DNA of 64,000 nucleotides from the NCBI GenBank assembly GCA_041666485.1, contig JBAYGW010000005.1, positions 3,654 to 67,653 on the forward strand. Reading direction: 5' to 3'. Source of the DNA: Patescibacteria group bacterium. Its GTDB lineage: Bacteria; Patescibacteriota; Patescibacteriia; UM-FILTER-42-10. Positions 58,685-64,000 of this stretch are shown one piece after another; position 1 is the first letter of the stretch; each line of letters opens with the position of its first letter. The notes beneath the pieces were generated by a model. It did not search any database and was not told the DNA's origin. It was given only the letters and a program-made list of their open reading frames with translations. A program made the position numbers and the translations under genes.

Positions 58685-59889
58685 AATATATTTGCAAAAT
58701 TCCAGAGGGGATACATCACTGCTAGGGCTAATCCGCCGACCAACACACCGGTGATCAATAACATTACCGGTTCAATTAATGTTGACAGATTGTCGCTCCA
58801 GTTCTGAATGTCGTCATCATAATATTTTGCCGAATGATGAAGCATATCATCCAAATAGCCGGTCTTTTCTCCGGTTGATATCATTTTCTGGAACAGCGGT
58901 AAAAACAGATCTGGGTCGCCTTTGAAAATATCGGAAAGCGAAACCCCACGTCTTACAAAAACTTCACCCGCTCGGATAGCGTCACGATAAACAACATTAC
59001 TCGCGGCGTTGCTGGCTAATGTCAAACTTTGATCAATTGAGACACCGGACTTGGTTAGCATGTGTAGCGATCTGGAAATCATTGCTAAATTTAATTTTCT
59101 GATAACCATTCCGATCATCGGCAGACGAAGTGTTAAACGATGGATTGATTTTTTGAATTTCTCCGAATATCTAATACTCAAACGAAATGAAATAATACAT
59201 AACGCAATTCCAACTGCCAGTAACAAACCATAGTTGACGATAAAATTGCTGATTGCAATTAAGATACGGGTAAATACGGGCAATTGTGCGGAAACATCAT
59301 CGTAGATGGCCGCGATTCTTGGAATCACCACCACCATCATCACGGCAACAATTGCAATCATCGTTACAAAAATAAGTGCCGGGTAGATTAATGAATTTCT
59401 GATCTTTCTTAATAATTTATAATCGCTCTCTTGCTGGGTTGTCAGAAATTCCAGCACATCAACCAGTTTTCCTCCGTGTTCGCCGATTCTGATCATGGCA
59501 ATTGCCACCGGAGAAAAAACATTTTTGTACTTTTCCAAAGCAGATGAAAGTGTTTTTCCTGAATTCACTGCTTTTTCCAAATCCGAAATAATTATCTTCA
59601 TATTTGGATTGGAGTTCTGTTCTCTGGAAGAAGCTAATGCTTCAGGAAGATTTAATCCGGCTCTCATCATTGTCATCAGACTGCGCAAAAAAAGGATGCG
59701 GTCAATTCTGGAAATATACCGGAACATGCTCTGCCAAAATGCATTTCCACTTTTTATTTTCACCAAGGTAACAACTGAATTTCCTTCACTGGAAAGCTGC
59801 TTTGACACTCTCTTCTTTGTCCAACCCCGAGCTAATCCACGGTGAATGGTATTTTCTAGATCAATAAATGTGTATTCAAAATTTTTCAT
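58681..59889 (-). CDS. pilC: Type IV pilus / type II secretion platform protein (PilC/GspF family)
   Basis: Two GspF repeats and 3 TM. 402 aa. Confidence 0.85.
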   Translation of the reverse strand: MKNFEYTFIDLENTIHRGLARGWTKKRVSKQLSSEGNSVVTLVKIKSGNAFWQSMFRYISRIDRILFLRSLMTMMRAGLNLPEALASSREQNSNPNMKIIISDLEKAVNSGKTLSSALEKYKNVFSPVAIAMIRIGEHGGKLVDVLEFLTTQQESDYKLLRKIRNSLIYPALIFVTMIAIVAVMMVVVIPRIAAIYDDVSAQLPVFTRILIAISNFIVNYGLLLAVGIALCIISFRLSIRYSEKFKKSIHRLTLRLPMIGMVIRKLNLAMISRSLHMLTKSGVSIDQSLTLASNAASNVVYRDAIRAGEVFVRRGVSLSDIFKGDPDLFLPLFQKMISTGEKTGYLDDMLHHSAKYYDDDIQNWSDNLSTLIEPVMLLITGVLVGGLALAVMYPLWNFANIL

Positions 59890-59897
59890 ATTTTTGA

Positions 59898-61565
59898 TTA
59901 TTTAGTAACCCGTATTACCTCTTCTAGGGTAGTTTGTTTATTTAGTACTTTAATTATTCCATCTTCATACATCGTTTTCATATTCTTTGCCCTTGCTGTA
60001 TCTTCTATTGAAGATGAATGTGCCCGGTTGATTATCAAATCATGAATATCTTCATCAACTTTCAGAACTTCAAAAATTCCGGTTCTTCCAGAATATCCGG
60101 TATTCAGACACGCGGGACATCCTTTGCCTTTTGCAACGGTTGGTTGTTCTTTATTGGAATACTTTGCTACCAGCCCTTTCGGAATTGAATCAACAACATA
60201 TTCAGTTTTGCAGGAATCACAAATATTTCGGACTAAACGCTGACCAATAATCGCCTTTAAAGTAGACGCGATCAAATATGGCTCCACACCCATATCAAGT
60301 AACCTCGGGATTGCGGCGGCGGCGCTGTTAGTGTGTAGAGAAGTTAATACTAGGTGGCCGGTCATTGCCGCATTAATTGCGATCGTTGCCGTTTCTTTGT
60401 CCCGGATTTCTCCGATCATAATAATATCCGGATCCTGACGCAATATTGAACGCAGGCCATTAGCAAAATTTAAATCCACATGCGGATTTACCTGTATCTG
60501 ATTCGCACCGGTCAAATGATATTCAATCGGATCTTCAATTGTGGAAATATTTACTTGCTGGTTATTTATTTCTTTCACAAGAGAGTATAAAGTTGTCGTC
60601 TTACCTGAACCGGTCGGTCCGGTAATTAAAATCATCCCGTTGGAAAACCCCAGTATCTTTTTTAAATCTTCGCGGTTGCTTTTTTCCAAACCCAGTGTAT
60701 CCAGCGAAAGGTTTTCATTATCCGTATCCAGAAATCTTAACGAGGCTTTTTGGCCGTGCAATGTCGGGATAATTGATAAACGCACCGCGACTTTATACCC
60801 GGATTCATTGAAACTGAACCGTCCGTCCTGCGGGCGCATGTGCTCGTCAATGCGAAGTTGAGATAATATTTTAGTACGTGCAATTATCGGAGCGAGTAGT
60901 TCTTTCGGCAAAGTGAAAAATTCATGAAGCATCCCATCCATCCGAAAACGAACTGAAACCGAATTCTCGCGCGGTTCAATATGCATATCACTTGCCTCGC
61001 TTTTAATGCCAAAAATTATTAACTGGTTCAGCAGTGAAATAATCGGGGCTTCCTGCCCCATTGTTTCCGGAGTATTATTGACTCTACAAGCTCTGATAAT
61101 CAGTTCATCAATTGCTTTTTTGCTGGATTCTGCGGAATTATTAAATGCTTCTTCCAAATATTGTTTAATATCTCTCTGATTAGCCAGATACACCGCCACA
61201 TCTTTATTCAGTGACCTTTTAACATATGCAATTAATTCCGTATTCTCCGGTCTGGCCATTGCCACGTAGACATATGCTTCATCCTCCTGAAAAGGCAAAA
61301 CCAAATGTTCCAAACAAATGGAAGATGGGAGTTTTTTAACCACTTCCTGGTATATTTTAACCTGATTCAAATCAACCACCTGCAGTGAATGGGAATCCTG
61401 GAGCAGTGAAATCAACTTGGATGACGGGACAATTCCTTGCTCAATACAAAAATCCAAAACATTACCCATTTGGAGTTTTTCATACTCTTTGAGCTTATTG
61501 GATGTTTCTTTGGATAATATACCCTCTTTTCTTAGGGCATCGGTTACTTGTTTTGTCGCTATCAT
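59898..61565 (-). CDS. pilB: Type IV pilus assembly ATPase (PilB/GspE family)
   Basis: Walker A 'GPTGSGKTTTLYS'. Asp/His boxes. Tetracysteine 'CDSC...CPAC'. Confidence 0.9.
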   Translation of the reverse strand: MIATKQVTDALRKEGILSKETSNKLKEYEKLQMGNVLDFCIEQGIVPSSKLISLLQDSHSLQVVDLNQVKIYQEVVKKLPSSICLEHLVLPFQEDEAYVYVAMARPENTELIAYVKRSLNKDVAVYLANQRDIKQYLEEAFNNSAESSKKAIDELIIRACRVNNTPETMGQEAPIISLLNQLIIFGIKSEASDMHIEPRENSVSVRFRMDGMLHEFFTLPKELLAPIIARTKILSQLRIDEHMRPQDGRFSFNESGYKVAVRLSIIPTLHGQKASLRFLDTDNENLSLDTLGLEKSNREDLKKILGFSNGMILITGPTGSGKTTTLYSLVKEINNQQVNISTIEDPIEYHLTGANQIQVNPHVDLNFANGLRSILRQDPDIIMIGEIRDKETATIAINAAMTGHLVLTSLHTNSAAAAIPRLLDMGVEPYLIASTLKAIIGQRLVRNICDSCKTEYVVDSIPKGLVAKYSNKEQPTVAKGKGCPACLNTGYSGRTGIFEVLKVDEDIHDLIINRAHSSSIEDTARAKNMKTMYEDGIIKVLNKQTTLEEVIRVTK

Positions 61566-61731
61566 TTTTTTACCAAAAAGATTTTGCTAAGGTAAGCACA
61601 TTTTTTTGCTTTCAAATACTTTGTTTTATTACTACTAATAAAACATGCAACCTTATACCAAATCCGCTACTTTGTCAATCCCCCCCAAGCAATTACCTTT
61701 GTTTGAAGAAAAAATAATCAAATATTATAAT

Positions 61732-61766
61732 AAAAAATCCCGCAAATACCAAGAGGGTATTGCGGG
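61732..61766 (-). terminator. Rho-independent terminator (CCCGCAAATACC-aagag-GGTATTGCGGG, U-run on minus strand)
   Basis: 27 nt downstream of the stop of the 61793-62257 gene. A6 on the plus strand. Confidence 0.6.
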
Positions 61767-61792
61767 TAGCCGGTTAAAGCCAAAAGAGCTGG

Positions 61793-62257
61793 TTACAGGT
61801 TGACGACAAGCGTTTCCGCCTGAATAAAGTGGATCGGACCGAAGTCCCGGCGCATGCGCGCCAGCTCCTTTTCGGACCAGTCCGGTGCCACCGCCTTGCC
61901 GCAGTCCACCGTGTCGGCCAGATGTTCCTCAGTAAGCAACTCAAACGCTTCGGGAGTGACCTGGCAGAGTTTGCCGGTCACAACCATCTCAAATTCATCG
62001 CGGACGTTCTCCGCGATGACGGCATTCAGCGTCCTGAAATCGATTGCGTTTCCGGCGAAGAAGAATTTCGTCCCGTCCTGGCAGCAGATATATACGCCGC
62101 CTTCGGGAACTGATGCATTCTGCCGAATTGACATGAAGACGTTCCCCATGTCATCACAACGCTCCACCCAGAGGCGGAGATTCTCAACGCGATCGACGGA
62201 GGCACTTGCCTGCTTACTCATGTACCATTCCCCTTCAAGGCTTCGGTTCACATCCAT
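61793..62257 (-). CDS. Hypothetical protein, GC-elevated
   Basis: 154-aa ORF followed by a strong terminator. GC visibly higher than flanks. No secure family. Confidence 0.4.
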   Translation of the reverse strand: MDVNRSLEGEWYMSKQASASVDRVENLRLWVERCDDMGNVFMSIRQNASVPEGGVYICCQDGTKFFFAGNAIDFRTLNAVIAENVRDEFEMVVTGKLCQVTPEAFELLTEEHLADTVDCGKAVAPDWSEKELARMRRDFGPIHFIQAETLVVNL

Positions 62258-62365
62258 GTGGCGAACTGACGTCCACCTGCGGTAGAAATGCCAATACTAC
62301 CAGAATATAATTTTATGTCAACCCCGCTAGAAATTAGATTTATAACGGGGTGAAGGCGGATATAC

Positions 62366-62393
62366 AAAAAAGGCCTGCGAATTTAGCAAGCCT
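62366..62393 (-). terminator. Terminator hairpin (AGGCCTGC-N7-GCAAGCCT) with U-run on the minus strand, after the ABC permease gene
   Basis: Seen directly. One mismatch in the stem. Confidence 0.45.
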
Positions 62394-62408
62394 TTCATCA
62401 AATATTTA

Positions 62409-63629
62409 TTATTTATCTTTCTGTTTCTGTATCAGGTATTTAAAAGATATTTTCCGGTTTACCTCCAGCGATCCAACTTCAAATAATTTAAAGGCAAAAT
62501 AGAAACCGGCCATCACATATAATGTTACAACAACAACCCCCAATATTGACTCCCACATGGTTAATGCGCCAATAGAGCTACGGAAAATCAAAATCAGCGG
62601 AGCGGTAAATGGAGTAAAGCTCACTATCCTGGATAATACTCCTGATGGTTCCGCCAATAAAAATGATGCGAAATAAATCGGGATAATTGAAAGAATGATA
62701 AAGACTGAAGAAAACTGCTGGGCATCACGATATTTTGGCATTGCCGCGCCAACCCCCACCATGATGCTGGAAAGAAACAGAAAACCGCCGATCGTATAGA
62801 ATACGGATAGCAGGATCTGCCCGAATGTTACATCAACGGCCGACCAATCTATTGTAATAGGAAAAATATTCGTAGAAGCAACCACAATCCCGGTCATCAA
62901 AACCCCCAATGCAAACAGTGAAGTCAGAGATACGCCGGTAAGTCCAACTAGTTTTCCCCAGATCAGCTGGCGCGGTTTAACAATGGATAATATTGTTTCA
63001 ATCATCCGATTCTCTTTTTCTTCCGAAACACTGGATAACATAAATCCGGATGAAAACATAACCATTACAAAATAAACCAATATAGAAACTATCGGGATAA
63101 TAAATACTTCAAACCGCTGGTCTACCGCCACTCCATTTTTGTACAGAGTCTTTTCCAACTTTATATCACTGGAAAATAAAGCAATCCTAGCCGGATCTTT
63201 AATTTCCATCAAAATATTTTGCTTCAGCATTTCTACAGCCACCGCGTTGAACCGGTCACGCGAAATTAGGCTGGTATCCGGGGCGTAAATCTGAATTACC
63301 TTTTCAGTCAGTATATTTTCCGGATAATAAAATGCCGCATCTGCGCTTCCTCCCCTAACCTGCTCCTTAGCAATCTCAATATCGTCAGCAATAAAATATG
63401 GAGGTACAATCATATTTTTAGAAATTATTCCGGACCGGTCAACGATCAGAATGTTATCAATATTCTTCACTTCCTCCGCTATCTTTTTCTCAACCTGTGT
63501 CGCCGATGTACCTGAAACAGCGGCTAAGCCCAGATAAATAACCGGAACAATTACAATCATAATCCAAAAAGACGGTTTTTGTACTATCTTTAAATATTCT
63601 TTTTTTGCAACCTTTAGGATTGTGTTCAT
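62409..63629 (-). CDS. ABC-2 family transporter permease
   Basis: 406 aa. N-terminal TM, large extracytoplasmic loop, 5 C-terminal TM. Adjacent to an ABC ATPase. Confidence 0.7.
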   Translation of the reverse strand: MNTILKVAKKEYLKIVQKPSFWIMIVIVPVIYLGLAAVSGTSATQVEKKIAEEVKNIDNILIVDRSGIISKNMIVPPYFIADDIEIAKEQVRGGSADAAFYYPENILTEKVIQIYAPDTSLISRDRFNAVAVEMLKQNILMEIKDPARIALFSSDIKLEKTLYKNGVAVDQRFEVFIIPIVSILVYFVMVMFSSGFMLSSVSEEKENRMIETILSIVKPRQLIWGKLVGLTGVSLTSLFALGVLMTGIVVASTNIFPITIDWSAVDVTFGQILLSVFYTIGGFLFLSSIMVGVGAAMPKYRDAQQFSSVFIILSIIPIYFASFLLAEPSGVLSRIVSFTPFTAPLILIFRSSIGALTMWESILGVVVVTLYVMAGFYFAFKLFEVGSLEVNRKISFKYLIQKQKDK

Positions 63630-63631
63630 AG

Positions 63632-64000
63632 TTATTTTGATACCATTACAAATATTTCTTCCAAAGAAGGTGCTGCTACTTCAAACTTTGTGATTTTCAA
63701 TTCTGTACCTGCTAAATACGATAGCGTTTCCTTTGGCGTGATTCCTTCTTTTAAAATTAGAGAGGCGGAATTAGTCGTATCATTGGCGACTGAATAAAGC
63801 CGGTCATTCTCCGGCAGTACGCCCCGAAACTGCACGTGAATCCGGTCTTCGCCGAACTGCGCTTTTACTTCATCCACCGCTCCGTATAAAATACGTTTGC
63901 CATCCTGGATCATAATCAGGCGGTTGGCAATTTTTTCCACTTCTTCCATCTGATGAGTAATAAATATGATCGTGCTGCCCTTTTCCTTCATTTCCAAAAG
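63632..64000 (-). CDS. ABC transporter ATP-binding protein, C-terminal part (5' end beyond the window)
   Basis: D-loop/H-loop 'TIIFITHQMEEV'. C-terminal regulatory region. Confidence 0.75.
   Translation of the reverse strand, partial: LLEMKEKGSTIIFITHQMEEVEKIANRLIMIQDGKRILYGAVDEVKAQFGEDRIHVQFRGVLPENDRLYSVANDTTNSASLILKEGITPKETLSYLAGTELKITKFEVAAPSLEEIFVMVSK

Overview
This is a gene-dense, low-GC (about 40% by eye) window from a small-genome bacterium. Type IV pilus genes, eukaryote-like PyrF/PyrE/Tmk and frequent interruptions of classical operons suggest a CPR/Patescibacteria-like lineage, but that is inference. Housekeeping content read from the sequence: the 3' part of cysS; an hrcA-grpE-hsp20-dnaK ... 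dnaJ heat-shock locus with a perfect CIRCE operator; dnaE; thrS; miaB and miaA; a complete pyrimidine operon (pyrB-pyrI-pyrD-pyrK-pyrC-pyrE-CYTH-pyrF plus an OTCase-like carbamoyltransferase); gatB; a dTMP/dUTP cluster (tmk, folA, thyA, CYTH, dut, a P-loop kinase, dCMP deaminase); rplA/rplK/nusG/secE; gyrB; pheST; a type IV pilus / competence-pilus operon (pilB, pilC, three prepilins, a vWA tip protein); and an ABC-2 exporter. Accessory signals: (1) a strongly AT-rich defense island (26.5-31.4 kb) with two m5C methyltransferases, an HNH-family endonuclease and a DUF262 (GmrSD-like) protein, sitting next to a duplicated miaA 3'-end footprint; (2) a three-gene insertion between dnaK and dnaJ carrying a NucS/DUF91-like PD-(D/E)xK nuclease; (3) two sharply GC-rich islands (about 24.03-24.60 kb and 54.95-56.2 kb) encoding membrane proteins and bounded by long palindromes; (4) several small repeat families: a 72-bp MITE/REP-like palindromic element in two copies, telomere-like heptamer TAGGGNN arrays at two loci, TAATTGGTAA arrays at three loci, and tandem hairpin-bearing units upstream of the methyltransferases. 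No rRNA, tRNA, CRISPR array, integrase or transposase was recognised.
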